Shown in pieces: positions 40,454 to 50,416 of a DNA stretch of 64,000 nucleotides. The position numbers were made by a program, and so were the translations under genes. Under the pieces are notes generated by a model. The model was not told where the DNA came from. It was given only the letters and a program-made list of their open reading frames with translations, and ran no database searches. The stretch covers positions 960-64,959 of the forward strand of contig CAYXNJ010000003.1 in the NCBI GenBank assembly GCA_964466465.1, given 5' to 3'. Every line of letters starts with the position of its first letter. Position 1 is the stretch's first letter. Origin of the DNA: an uncultured Sulfurospirillum sp. Its GTDB lineage: Bacteria; Campylobacterota; Campylobacteria; Campylobacterales; Sulfurospirillaceae.

Positions 40454-41125
40454 ATGAAACAGACTATTTTGATTATTGAAGACGAAGAGGATTTGCTGGA
40501 GCTTTTAGAGTACCATCTTCAAAAAGAGGGGTATGAGACTCTGGGTTTTTTGAGCACTAAAAATGTTGAAAAATGCCTTCAAGAAGAGCCGATTGATCTT
40601 CTCATTGTTGATCGTAACCTCCCTGGTGTTGAAGGTAGCGAGTTTGTCGAAGCGCTGCGTAAAAAAGGTTTTTCGCAAGCGGTTATTTTTGTAACGGCAA
40701 AAGACAGCGATGCAAACATTGAAGAGGGTTTTATGCGCGGTTGTGATGACTACGTCACAAAACCTTACAATATGAAAGAGCTGCTTCTTCGTATCAAAGC
40801 TATTTTAGCACGCACCTCGCCTGTGAGCAAAAGCACACTCTCTTACCGTGACCTTATACTTGATCTTGAAGCACACCGTTTACAGGTTGACTCTAAAGAG
40901 GTTGAACTCACGAAATTAGAGTTTGACCTACTTCGTACCTTGATCGAGAACAAAAGCTCCGTTTTGAGTCGTGAGTTTTTACTCGAACATGTCTGGAAAA
41001 GCGATGACTTTTTCCAAGACAAAACGGTCAATGTCGCTATCAATCGTCTCAAAGCCAAAATAGACCCAACCAAAGAGAAAGAGTACATCAAATCCATTTG
41101 GGGAGTAGGATACACGTTATGCTAA
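40454..41125 (+). CDS. phoB: OmpR/PhoB-family response regulator
   Basis: IIEDE, IVDRNLPG, DDYVTKP and winged helix (LTKLEFDLL, KSIWGVGY); located between phoU and the kinase. Confidence 0.82.
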   Translation: MKQTILIIEDEEDLLELLEYHLQKEGYETLGFLSTKNVEKCLQEEPIDLLIVDRNLPGVEGSEFVEALRKKGFSQAVIFVTAKDSDANIEEGFMRGCDDYVTKPYNMKELLLRIKAILARTSPVSKSTLSYRDLILDLEAHRLQVDSKEVELTKLEFDLLRTLIENKSSVLSREFLLEHVWKSDDFFQDKTVNVAINRLKAKIDPTKEKEYIKSIWGVGYTLC

Positions 41126-42519
41126 TGCTGCATCAGCACATCATTCGAGGACTGCTTATCCTTTTTATCGGCACACTGCTTCTCTCTGGCATTGTGAGTT
41201 ATTTCACCATTAAAAGCAACGATATGGAACGGTATCAAGCCTCACTAGAATCGCATATTAAAATTATCCAATACCAACTCCCCCAAGTCAAAGACCGCGA
41301 AGCGTTTGCCAAAGTCATCAAAGAGAGTACTGGCATACGTTTTACGTTAATTAACGAATCAGGTGTCGTTTTAGTCGATAGCGACAAAGACAATGAAACC
41401 ATGGATAACCACTCAAGACGTGAAGAGATCATCATGGCGCAAAAGATGGAATTTGCTCATGCTGTGCGTTTTTCTGATTCGGTGAAAAGTAACTTTTTAT
41501 ACGTTGCACACCGCTTTAAACAGGACGATCATTTTCTGTTTATACGTCTTGCTACCAACATTGACACCATCATGCACAACTTTTATGACCTCTGGATAAA
41601 GCTTACCATCATCTTTAGCCTCAGCATCCTTACGGGTCTTTATGGTGCGTATATTTTCAGTCAAAAGATTCGCTATGAGATCGATAAAATCGTAGGAAAT
41701 CTACAGCAAATTGCAGACAAAGAGTACAAGATCACCCTCTCCTCACACTTTAGTTTGGAGTTTTTTGAGATAGCCAATTATCTTAAAAAATTGGCTGCAA
41801 AGCTTGAAAAACGCGCCAAGCAAAAGCGCAAATATACCGCTAAAATCAAACTCATTTCGCAACAACGAAGTGATGTTATCTCTGCCATTAGCCATGAGTT
41901 TAAAAACCCTATCGCATCCATCATGGGGTATGCACAAACGCTTTTGGATGACCCCAATGCCAATACCCAAATCAAAGAGCGCTTTTTAGGTAAAATCGTT
42001 CAAAACGCCCAGAAAATCTCTGGTATGATTGATCGCCTGACCCTAACCACCAAGTTTGAAAATGGCGACTTCAACACCCAAAACACTACGTTTGATGTGG
42101 TTAAGATGACCCAAGAAATCGCACAAACGTTCAGGGAAAAACACCATACCCGCTCTATTGAGTGCATGCTTCCTGAGAGCTATATGATTACCGCTGATCG
42201 TACAATGATCGAGATCGTCATCTCAAACCTTATCGACAATGCACTCAAATACTCCGATGAAACCGTTCGCGTTATACTTGAAAATGACGCCTTGCATGTT
42301 AAAGACACTGGTGTGGGCATCAAAGAAGAGGACATTGAAAAAGTAACCCAAAAGTTCTACCGTTCCAACTCACACTCATGGGACAACTCGATGGGACTAG
42401 GTCTTGCCCTTGTCAATTACATCCTCAAACTGCATAACACCACACTAGAGATACAAAGTAGCTTAGGTGTAGGATCTGATTTTTCGTTTAAATTGCCTTC
42501 AAACAATACTGTATTATGA
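41119..42519 (+). CDS. phoR: PhoR-type sensor histidine kinase
   Basis: MDNHSRREEI periplasmic motif, SHEFKNPI, NLIDNALKY, DTGVGI and GLGL motifs. Confidence 0.82.
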   Translation: MLMLHQHIIRGLLILFIGTLLLSGIVSYFTIKSNDMERYQASLESHIKIIQYQLPQVKDREAFAKVIKESTGIRFTLINESGVVLVDSDKDNETMDNHSRREEIIMAQKMEFAHAVRFSDSVKSNFLYVAHRFKQDDHFLFIRLATNIDTIMHNFYDLWIKLTIIFSLSILTGLYGAYIFSQKIRYEIDKIVGNLQQIADKEYKITLSSHFSLEFFEIANYLKKLAAKLEKRAKQKRKYTAKIKLISQQRSDVISAISHEFKNPIASIMGYAQTLLDDPNANTQIKERFLGKIVQNAQKISGMIDRLTLTTKFENGDFNTQNTTFDVVKMTQEIAQTFREKHHTRSIECMLPESYMITADRTMIEIVISNLIDNALKYSDETVRVILENDALHVKDTGVGIKEEDIEKVTQKFYRSNSHSWDNSMGLGLALVNYILKLHNTTLEIQSSLGVGSDFSFKLPSNNTVL

Positions 42520-42578
42520 TACGCCATTCAAAAGAGGTTAACAAGCGTTAGCCTCTTTTTTCACTACAAAGGCTATAT

Positions 42579-42998
42579 ATGTACAATATGGGTGAACCGC
42601 GCATTAAAATCGTGGCTATGCCAAAAGACACGAACCCCGCTGGCAATATTTTTGGTGGGTGGATTATGTCACAAATCGACATCGCAGGAAGCCTTGCAGC
42701 ACGAGATCTTAATGTAGGACGTGTGGTAACTGTCGCTGTCAATTCTATGGAATTTCGAGAAGCCGTCAAAGTCGGTGACGTGCTAAGCTGTTACGCTAAA
42801 ATCATCAAAGTGGGAACAAGCTCCATTACGACACAAGTGGAAGTCAATGCAGAACGCTCTGTTGAGGGTGCTCACCGCTGTTTACATGTCACCAGTGCGG
42901 TCATTACATACGTTAACGTAACGCCTGAGGGCAAAAAAACGCCCATCCCTTATACGGAAAATGAACTGCTTGCTCTTGGAATCGAACGAAAGCAATAG
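42579..42998 (+). CDS. Acyl-CoA thioesterase (YciA/hotdog family)
   Basis: MPKDTNPAGNIFGGWIMSQID motif. Confidence 0.9.
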   Translation: MYNMGEPRIKIVAMPKDTNPAGNIFGGWIMSQIDIAGSLAARDLNVGRVVTVAVNSMEFREAVKVGDVLSCYAKIIKVGTSSITTQVEVNAERSVEGAHRCLHVTSAVITYVNVTPEGKKTPIPYTENELLALGIERKQ

Positions 42999-43003
42999 TT
43001 CCT

Positions 43004-43582
43004 TTACTTTGTAAGGACGTACTGACTTAAAGGTGTCTGTTCTACCATCAAATCTTCGATGACACCTTTTCCACCTTTTACTCGAAGTTTCGCTTTTACG
43101 ACAACTCCACTGCGAGCTCTCAGCACCTTCTCCGCTTTTGGAGCTATATCTTCTCTCATATAAAAACGATCAAACGGAAGTGAAAAATAGACAAGATTTG
43201 AAGTCTCTTCTTTTTGTTTGGTAGTAGTGTAATTGAATGAACGTATATCAACTTCCAAGAAGCTTCCCGATTGCGGTTTGCTAAGACGTATCTCTTTGAT
43301 GCCATCACCTTTTTCACTGTGTTCTAAGATGGCATAACCTTTATGCTGATCCTCTTTTTTTTCACTATCCCCAAGAGGGGCTTTTATCGCATTTTCAAAA
43401 CGAAGCGTGACATAACGTCCACGAAAAGGGTCATACGGATCGAGAGGTAACACTTTAAAATAAAAGACTTCACCCTCTTTTAAGACACGCTCATAGCTTA
43501 TGATCTGAAAAGCGATCACACCAACTTGCACAAAGCACACAATGCCAAAAAGCGTCCATAAAAGTTGCTTGATATTTTTCAT
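43004..43582 (-). CDS. GDYXXLXY-domain membrane-anchored protein
   Basis: PLDPYDPFRGRYVTL motif; F.RFYM.E..A..AE. Confidence 0.85.
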   Translation of the reverse strand: MKNIKQLLWTLFGIVCFVQVGVIAFQIISYERVLKEGEVFYFKVLPLDPYDPFRGRYVTLRFENAIKAPLGDSEKKEDQHKGYAILEHSEKGDGIKEIRLSKPQSGSFLEVDIRSFNYTTTKQKEETSNLVYFSLPFDRFYMREDIAPKAEKVLRARSGVVVKAKLRVKGGKGVIEDLMVEQTPLSQYVLTK

Positions 43583-44922
43583 GCTTCTACCTTGAAACGA
43601 CGTCTGATAAAGGCATTGACCACTAAGAAAAGCACCCCCGTCACGATAAATGCAACTCCTTTGGCGATCAAGTCAAAATTAGCATCCATAAAATGAATCC
43701 AAATCGTTAGCGCGATGAGGATCATACCTTGATTGATAAGCCCTATTTTAGACTCTTTTGCCCCACAAAAAATCATCCAAGATGCACCAAGAAGTAAGGA
43801 GAAATTGATAAAAAACATCGCTGTATAGTGTGATGTTGCCGTTTGGTTTTGTAAAAGCGTGTAAATCGTAAAAATCAAAGGAGTTGCAACAACAAGTGCT
43901 TCCGAAGGAATGCGTTTGTAAGTTCGCACAAACATGACCAAAAGCCCTATAAAAAATGCTCCAAGAGTTATACTCAGTATCGAGCCAAAATTTGATTCAG
44001 CGAGAGGTTTTTCGATCATCCACTGGTACGATTTAAACGAAACATGAAACAGCAACAAGAGTAAAGCACCCAGTTTCCCAATACGCTCAAATGGTCGTTG
44101 CCACGTTTTTTCACCATGAGAGAGGTAAAGTTTGCCTAGCATATAGTATATTGTGAAAAAGAGCGCTAAACAGATAAGGGCATTGCGTAAATGACGCATT
44201 TCATACGTCTCAATTACCACTTCAACGATAAACAAAAAAAATAAACACAATACTACCGCCCAACTTAACAAGAGTGTGGTATTTGCCATTTTTTTATGTT
44301 TGAGTTGAACCCCATAATACGCCACCCATGAAAGCGCTATCATCATGAGTAACCATGGGCTTAGAAATGAGTCTGTATGCAGATCAATGATCGTCGTAAA
44401 AGGACTTCGGTTACTGACCCATACAACGCTCCAGAGCACGATGACTAAAAATGCTGCACCAGAGGATGGAAGTAGCCAAGGCAAGGCAAAGGAGAGTAAA
44501 AGCCATGTGCTTAAAAAATCATTCAGATTTCCACCCAAATGATAGGTCTGTCCAATGATAGCAAGTGATGCGCCAATCATTAAAAACCAAAACACACCAC
44601 TGCCCTCCAATAGGGTATTATCATCAGCTCTGTACCGTTTGACCCAAAAAGAAAATATTTGAGAACTTACTAAAAGACATAAGGCTAAAAGTGTACGCTC
44701 TATATGCCCCAATTCATCCCAGTTATACGCTAAAATGGAGATAATACCAAGTCCCACGAGGACAAATCCAAGCAAGCTAAATGCTGTACCTGAAGAGCGA
44801 TGTGAAGACTTCTCTCCTTCATAACGACGTAAAAGTGTGTTTGCTCCCTCATGCGTCACAATCCCCTCTTTCACCCAAGAAGGAAGCTCTTTCTCAAGCC
44901 ACTGGTAGTTTTCTTTGCTCAT
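43579..44922 (-). CDS. DUF2157 integral membrane protein
   Basis: WVKEGIV, GIISILAYNW and LAIIGQTYHL motifs. Confidence 0.85.
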   Translation of the reverse strand: MSKENYQWLEKELPSWVKEGIVTHEGANTLLRRYEGEKSSHRSSGTAFSLLGFVLVGLGIISILAYNWDELGHIERTLLALCLLVSSQIFSFWVKRYRADDNTLLEGSGVFWFLMIGASLAIIGQTYHLGGNLNDFLSTWLLLSFALPWLLPSSGAAFLVIVLWSVVWVSNRSPFTTIIDLHTDSFLSPWLLMMIALSWVAYYGVQLKHKKMANTTLLLSWAVVLCLFFLFIVEVVIETYEMRHLRNALICLALFFTIYYMLGKLYLSHGEKTWQRPFERIGKLGALLLLLFHVSFKSYQWMIEKPLAESNFGSILSITLGAFFIGLLVMFVRTYKRIPSEALVVATPLIFTIYTLLQNQTATSHYTAMFFINFSLLLGASWMIFCGAKESKIGLINQGMILIALTIWIHFMDANFDLIAKGVAFIVTGVLFLVVNAFIRRRFKVEA

Positions 44923-44943
44923 ACACACCTTTACATGTGGAAT

Positions 44944-45288
44944 TTAATGCTCTTTTTTACATCCATATTTTGCAGCATACGCCTCACCAAAGGCATGCAT
45001 AGAACCCAATACTTTTTCAAGCTCTCTTCCTATAGGACTTAGGGCATACTCGACGCGTGGCGGCACTTCCGCAAAAACGGTTCGTTCTATAATATGCGAT
45101 GCCTCAAGCTCTTTTAGCTTTTGCGTTACTGTTTTTTGTGTTATCTGCGGAAATGCTTCACAGATATCTTTAAACCGTTTCTGACCACCAAGCAAGATAT
45201 ACACAATAAATATCTTGCTCTTGTCATTAATAATATCTAATGTCAGTTCCACAGGACAGTGAAACTCTTTTTCATCTATTTTTATCAT
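44944..45288 (-). CDS. HxlR-family winged-helix regulator
   Basis: CPVELTLDII, ITQKTVTQKLKELE and EVPPRVEYALS motifs. Confidence 0.9.
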   Translation of the reverse strand: MIKIDEKEFHCPVELTLDIINDKSKIFIVYILLGGQKRFKDICEAFPQITQKTVTQKLKELEASHIIERTVFAEVPPRVEYALSPIGRELEKVLGSMHAFGEAYAAKYGCKKEH

Positions 45289-45414
45289 AATTATCACCTC
45301 TTATTTTGAATTATACCATAATAACAATTTTTGTTCTTTACTTACATTTTTTTCCGTAAGGTAATTATAAGTTATTTAGGTATATATTTTCCTAAATTAT
45401 TCAAGGAGAAGACC

Positions 45415-45978
45415 ATGAAAAAAACACTCATTATTTTAGCTCACCCCAATATCGCAGAATCAAAAGTCAATAAAGCGCTACTTGATAGCATCAAAAATGA
45501 ACCTAACATCACCATCCACGATCTTTATGCAACGTATAAAACCGTAGAAGCCATCGATGTTGCAAAAGAGCAAGCGCTTTTAGTAGAACATGAACGCATT
45601 ATCTTTCAATTTCCACTCTATTGGTACAGTTCACCTGCTATGTTAAAAGAGTGGCAAGATAAAGTCCTAGGATATGGATTTGCCTATGGACCAGAGGGCA
45701 GTAAAATCGCAGGTAAAGAGAGTAAAATCGTCGTGAGCACAGGCTCTCCCGAATATGCTTACCAAGCAGGTGCATACAACAACTTTACACTCAGCGAATA
45801 CCTAAGACCACTGTATTCAACCATCGTCTTTACGGGTATGCAATTTAAAGGAATTTTTGCCGCATATGGCGCGATGAAGCTTACAGAAGAGGCGCTACAA
45901 AAAGATATTGTGCAGTATCAAACGATTCTCAAAAGTGAAGATTGGGATACCTCGCTTATCAAATTTTTAGCAGGCTGA
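45415..45978 (+). CDS. Flavodoxin-fold NAD(P)H oxidoreductase (KefF/YwrO-like)
   Basis: AHPN, QFPLYWYSSPAMLKEWQD motifs; divergent from the HxlR regulator. Confidence 0.88.
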   Translation: MKKTLIILAHPNIAESKVNKALLDSIKNEPNITIHDLYATYKTVEAIDVAKEQALLVEHERIIFQFPLYWYSSPAMLKEWQDKVLGYGFAYGPEGSKIAGKESKIVVSTGSPEYAYQAGAYNNFTLSEYLRPLYSTIVFTGMQFKGIFAAYGAMKLTEEALQKDIVQYQTILKSEDWDTSLIKFLAG

Positions 45979-46003
45979 TCAAGAGGGTTTTAAACCCTCT
46001 TGA
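45979..46003. terminator. Bidirectional hairpin
   Basis: TCAAGAGGGTTT-t-AAACCCTCTTGA. Confidence 0.65.
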
Positions 46004-46010
46004 AAGAGAT

Positions 46011-47729
46011 TTACACTTCGTTAGTGCGTGGTAAGACGATCGTTACAACTAAACCACCATGTTCGTTGGTTGCACTAATAGAGCCTTGCATACTTTGTTC
46101 AATAATCTGTTTAGACATATAAAGCCCTGTTCCATTTCCACCCGTTGGCTCTTTGGTGGTAAAAAATGGATCAAAAATATGCGGTAACTGCTCGTCCGTA
46201 ACACCACCGCCATTATCGGAAACCTCAATGATAATGTAGTACTCTTGCGCATACGCTTTAATCGTAATAGTACCATGCTCTATCTCTTTTTGGATAATCG
46301 CATCTTTCGCGTTATTGATCAGTACTAAAAGCACATGTGAAAGCTCTTTTTTAAAGCTATTCATAACAATGCCACTCGGACAATCGACATGAAATACAAT
46401 GTCTTTGTTAGCTATGCCTCCATCACTGATGCGAATACTCTCTTCGATGGATTTATACAGAGGGAAGAGCACTTTTTCCTTATCAGGTTTGAAGAAATCT
46501 TTAAAATCATCGATGGTTGAGGACATATGTTGAATGAGCTCTCGAAGTTTTTTAATCTCATCTTCAAGCATTTGAGGGGTCAATTTATCTGTTTTGCTGT
46601 CTAAATAAATTTTGCTAATGACGACACTAATGGTATTGAGCGGTTGACGCCATTGATGGGCAATGTTGTTCAGCATCTCACCAAGGGCAGCAAGTTTGGC
46701 TTGTTGAAAAAGCATCCTGTCTTTGAGCCTGCTGTTTTCAACCTCTTCTTGTACTTTTTTTTCTAAGTTGGCATTGAGATACTCTAGCTCTTCTTTGTTA
46801 TCGAACGATTCGCATACCGCAGTGGCAATCGCTCCATACTCATCCTCTTTGAGCAGATACTTTCGTAAAGGCTCTTTGCTTCTGTTGTTAAGTGCATGCG
46901 TAATGTCGCGTAGAGGGAAAGAGAGAAATTTAGCAATTAAAAGTGCCAAAATACCCATCAAAAAGAGAATTTCCAAGAGTGAGAGCTGAATATCTTTCGC
47001 ACCATAATTATCCAAAACTTCACTCATGCGGTTGCGTAGATGTAAATACAACACACCCACTTTTTCGCCTTGAATACCAAGTAAAGGAATCTCATGCGTA
47101 ATCTTATACTCATTGTGATTACCATTGGGTAGGTTTAAATATGCCTCTGCAATCCCAAAACTACTCAGCTCTTTTAAAAAAGCCTCATCCCAATGTTTGG
47201 CAATGATGACAAACCCTTTGGCAAGAGAGTCTTTGCTCACATCCTCATCAATACGGTGTATGGGAGCGACATAAAATTCAACAATACTCTGGGGTGTTTT
47301 AGCATAAAAATGCAATAACCGAGCACTCGAAGTATCAAGCAGTGCTAAAGGAAACATCGTAGGAAGCTCTTCTAAAAAAGGTTTGTTTGCTTCTTTAAAC
47401 AAAATATTTTTAGCCTGATCTAACACATAAAAAGCGTTAATGCCAAATTGTATGATGCTACCATCAAGATTATCTTTTGCCCAAGTAGGCTCTTTATGCT
47501 CTGTAAAATTGGCAAGATCATTCCACGCCGCATAATCAAGCGCTTGCTTTTTAAATGGGTCTGATTTTAAGGCGAGAAGCTGTTTAAACCCTTGTGCAAG
47601 TTCCTCAGCATTTTGTTTCGCCATATCATTGACTTCATCGCGCTGATACGACCAGTTAATCAGCTCGAAGCCAATACACAGTAAAAAAGCCAGCATTGTT
47701 AAGATTAAAAAAGAGGACTTCACACTCAT
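46011..47729 (-). CDS. Sensor histidine kinase with CHASE4-like periplasmic domain
   Basis: DYAAWNDL (CHASE4-like), [20 protein letters not shown] and GTGLY motifs. Confidence 0.85.
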   Translation of the reverse strand: MSVKSSFLILTMLAFLLCIGFELINWSYQRDEVNDMAKQNAEELAQGFKQLLALKSDPFKKQALDYAAWNDLANFTEHKEPTWAKDNLDGSIIQFGINAFYVLDQAKNILFKEANKPFLEELPTMFPLALLDTSSARLLHFYAKTPQSIVEFYVAPIHRIDEDVSKDSLAKGFVIIAKHWDEAFLKELSSFGIAEAYLNLPNGNHNEYKITHEIPLLGIQGEKVGVLYLHLRNRMSEVLDNYGAKDIQLSLLEILFLMGILALLIAKFLSFPLRDITHALNNRSKEPLRKYLLKEDEYGAIATAVCESFDNKEELEYLNANLEKKVQEEVENSRLKDRMLFQQAKLAALGEMLNNIAHQWRQPLNTISVVISKIYLDSKTDKLTPQMLEDEIKKLRELIQHMSSTIDDFKDFFKPDKEKVLFPLYKSIEESIRISDGGIANKDIVFHVDCPSGIVMNSFKKELSHVLLVLINNAKDAIIQKEIEHGTITIKAYAQEYYIIIEVSDNGGGVTDEQLPHIFDPFFTTKEPTGGNGTGLYMSKQIIEQSMQGSISATNEHGGLVVTIVLPRTNEV

Positions 47730-47765
47730 TGTCGTACTCCTTCGCACACAGTGCAAGTAAAGACA

Positions 47766-48434
47766 CTAACTCTCTTTGGCGTAAGATTCCCACCCTTGTT
47801 TTCGCAAGATACATGCTGGACATTCGCCACAACCGTATCCCCAAGCATGTTTTTCTTTATGGTTACCATTATAGCACGTATGTGACTCGTTGAGGACAAG
47901 CTCTAAAACGCCCTCTTTGTGTGAAAGATCAAATGTTTCTGCTTTGGTAAGGTGCATCAATGGGTAGTGAAAGGTGATGTTCGCTTCGCTTCCAAGATTG
48001 AGGGCAAGTTCTAATGCCTTAACGAAGGGCTCTCTACAATCAGGATACCCTGAATAATCGGTCTGGTTAACCCCAATGATGATATGTGCTATCCCTTGTT
48101 TTTGAGCAAATGCGTGTGCGAGGGTAAAAAAGATCGCGTTGCGATTTGGAACAAAAGAGGCAGGAAGATTCGTATGTGTTCGATGGTGCGCACCAATATC
48201 TTGTGTACTGTCAATGAGCGCTGAATCATTAAGCTGTGAAAAAGCATCAAGACTAAGCAAGGTGTTTTTTATGCCTAAAATGTTCGCAATTTTTTCAGCC
48301 TGAGCAATTTCAACACGGTGTTTTTGACCATAATCAAAGGTAATGCTTTCAACATACTCAAAACGGTTTTTTGCCCAACCAAGACAGGTTGTACTGTCTT
48401 GCCCACCACTAAAAACGACTAAAGCACGGCTCAT
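47766..48434 (-). CDS. queC: 7-cyano-7-deazaguanine synthase
   Basis: VFSGGQDSTTC, FVPNRN, YPDCR and CGECPAC motifs; start at ATG 48434. Confidence 0.95.
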   Translation of the reverse strand: MSRALVVFSGGQDSTTCLGWAKNRFEYVESITFDYGQKHRVEIAQAEKIANILGIKNTLLSLDAFSQLNDSALIDSTQDIGAHHRTHTNLPASFVPNRNAIFFTLAHAFAQKQGIAHIIIGVNQTDYSGYPDCREPFVKALELALNLGSEANITFHYPLMHLTKAETFDLSHKEGVLELVLNESHTCYNGNHKEKHAWGYGCGECPACILRKQGWESYAKES

Positions 48435-49012
48435 TACTCTACTCCTAAAAACTTGTGCAACTGCACACTTAAGATAAATTGTGGATGCGCTTTGACAAAC
48501 TCCACACAAAATGCGACATTCTCTTTATTGGGGCGATCCGTCTCATTTTGAGGTTGAATGAAGATAGGTTTATAGCTTTTAAATTCAAGTATTTTTTCAA
48601 CAGGAGAGTTTTTACCAACGACAAATTTGATCTCATCATACCCATGTTTTTCTATCTTATCCCAATCTTTGGGGCTATAGGTTACCCAGTTTGCATTGGC
48701 AATGTTAGAAAAATTATAGCCATTTGTCTCCACAGCGACAGAGTACATATACGCTTGTAAAAATTCGATAAAACCATTGAGATTATAGATACTAGGCTCT
48801 CCACCTGTGATGATAACGTGCATAGAAGGGTAGGCTTTAATGCGCTCTAGTACCTCATCAAAGCTCAAGCTTTGATACTCACCTTTGTGCAGTAATTCAT
48901 CGCAAAAACCACAGCTAAGATTGCAGCCATGCAAACGAATAAAAATGGAAGGAACACCCACTTGCGTACCTTCGCCTTGAATAGAATAAAATATTTCGAC
49001 GACTTTTAACAT
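48434..49012 (-). CDS. queE: 7-carboxy-7-deazaguanine synthase (radical SAM)
   Basis: EIFYSIQGEG, CNLSCGFCD and ITGGEP motifs. Confidence 0.92.
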   Translation of the reverse strand: MLKVVEIFYSIQGEGTQVGVPSIFIRLHGCNLSCGFCDELLHKGEYQSLSFDEVLERIKAYPSMHVIITGGEPSIYNLNGFIEFLQAYMYSVAVETNGYNFSNIANANWVTYSPKDWDKIEKHGYDEIKFVVGKNSPVEKILEFKSYKPIFIQPQNETDRPNKENVAFCVEFVKAHPQFILSVQLHKFLGVE

Positions 49013-49133
49013 AACACTCTTCTTAAATATAATTGTTTTATCATAATATATTTTCACTAAAAAGGACGTCAAAAATTTTCTTTATATCTCTTTTTGGGTA
49101 TCATTTAAGTATTCAAAGATAAGGCAATATGGA

Positions 49134-49676
49134 ATGATTTGGCAAATAAGTAAAGAGTTCGATTTTTGTTATGGACACCGTGTATGGTCGCAGCAGCTTG
49201 ATAGCGAGTTCTCACTCACGGGTTGTTTGGCATGCAGACATCTCCACGGTCATCAAGGCAAAGTCATCGTATATCTACAAAGTTCCCAGCTTAAAGATGG
49301 CATGGTCACAGACTTTCACCACCTTAACTGGTTCAAGCTCTTTTTAGACAACACCTTAGATCATAAATTTATCATCGATATTCACGATCCGCTGTTTGAA
49401 ACACTCTTGCCACACTTTGCTGACAAACAAAACCTCATTGACAATGAAGCAGGTTATAAAATTCCCGACCTCAATCACGTCAAAGACCAACCAAGCCACA
49501 TTGTTGAGATGTATGATGGCTACATCATCGTTGATTTTGTACCAACCAGTGAAAATATCTCAACATGGTTGTTGGGCATCATTGCGAAAAAAATGAGTCG
49601 CTTGGGAGTAGAAGTGTCACACGTAGAATTTTTAGAGACACCTAAAAGCAGAAGTATCGTTTACAATCAGAAGTAG
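49134..49676 (+). CDS. queD: 6-carboxytetrahydropterin synthase
   Basis: C..LHGH, GMVTDF, LDH and PTSENI motifs. Confidence 0.88.
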   Translation: MIWQISKEFDFCYGHRVWSQQLDSEFSLTGCLACRHLHGHQGKVIVYLQSSQLKDGMVTDFHHLNWFKLFLDNTLDHKFIIDIHDPLFETLLPHFADKQNLIDNEAGYKIPDLNHVKDQPSHIVEMYDGYIIVDFVPTSENISTWLLGIIAKKMSRLGVEVSHVEFLETPKSRSIVYNQK

Positions 49677-49690
49677 GAAATCCCTACTTC
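49670..49690. terminator. Hairpin between convergent queD and dut
   Basis: GAAGTAGG-aaatc-CCTACTTC. Confidence 0.55.
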
Positions 49691-49695
49691 TTCAT

Positions 49696-50394
49696 TTATG
49701 CCTTTGGATAGGCTTTTTCGAGTTTTTTATACAGTGCATCGACTGTTGGAGCAGACTCGCCTTGAAGGAGAGAGAGCATCACTTCGTTATCTTCTTTGCC
49801 GTTCCATACTTTGATGTAATGTCCTTCTTTATAACCATGATCTTGACGGAATTGGTTGAGAACATTTTTTGCCACATAGAATTTGTACAATACTTTTAGG
49901 TTGATGCCACACTTACGTGAAAGCGTAAAGTATTCGCGTAAAAGCCCATCAAAAAGGTCTATTTCAAACCCTGTTGTATCGTGGATAATATTTTCAATAT
50001 CGTTTACTAACTCCATTGGATCAGCTGAACTTGGAGAGAGTGGTTCTTTCGTGAACGCCTCAAACCCTTGAACATCCAACACATCTAAAACCAACTGGTC
50101 AATGTCGCCTTTTCCATTAGTTTTATAATCTTCCAATAATAGACTCATAATAAAATGCCAGATATCAACAATCTCAACGGTGACATTGTCCCAATCGGTC
50201 TCTTTGTTAATGTTCTTCCAATGTTTCCAACTAAAACTATCAATGAGTTCTGCGCACTCCATATAGATACATCGCTTCCAGTTAATCATGCGGTTATGTT
50301 TGGTGTATCCATTTTCCCAGCCGATGCCATTGGTTTCATCGTTTAATTTTTGCTGGAGTAAAAACATCTGCGTTAAATAATCTTTGCTTGTCAT
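49696..50394 (-). CDS. dut: Dimeric (all-alpha) dUTPase
   Basis: ECAELIDSFSWKHWK, EIVDIWHF and KNVLNQFRQDHGY motifs. Confidence 0.9.
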   Translation of the reverse strand: MTSKDYLTQMFLLQQKLNDETNGIGWENGYTKHNRMINWKRCIYMECAELIDSFSWKHWKNINKETDWDNVTVEIVDIWHFIMSLLLEDYKTNGKGDIDQLVLDVLDVQGFEAFTKEPLSPSSADPMELVNDIENIIHDTTGFEIDLFDGLLREYFTLSRKCGINLKVLYKFYVAKNVLNQFRQDHGYKEGHYIKVWNGKEDNEVMLSLLQGESAPTVDALYKKLEKAYPKA

Positions 50395-50416
50395 ACTTTT
50401 TCCTTCTCTTAAAACG

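Noticed and set aside
42579-42998. yciA-family gene as a Tn7-like attachment site
   Set aside because: No transposon end or tns gene lies beside it; the element is about 38 kb away.
49013-49133. preQ1 riboswitch between queE and queD
   Set aside because: No recognisable preQ1 stem or A-rich tail; it appears to be a plain AT-rich divergent promoter region.
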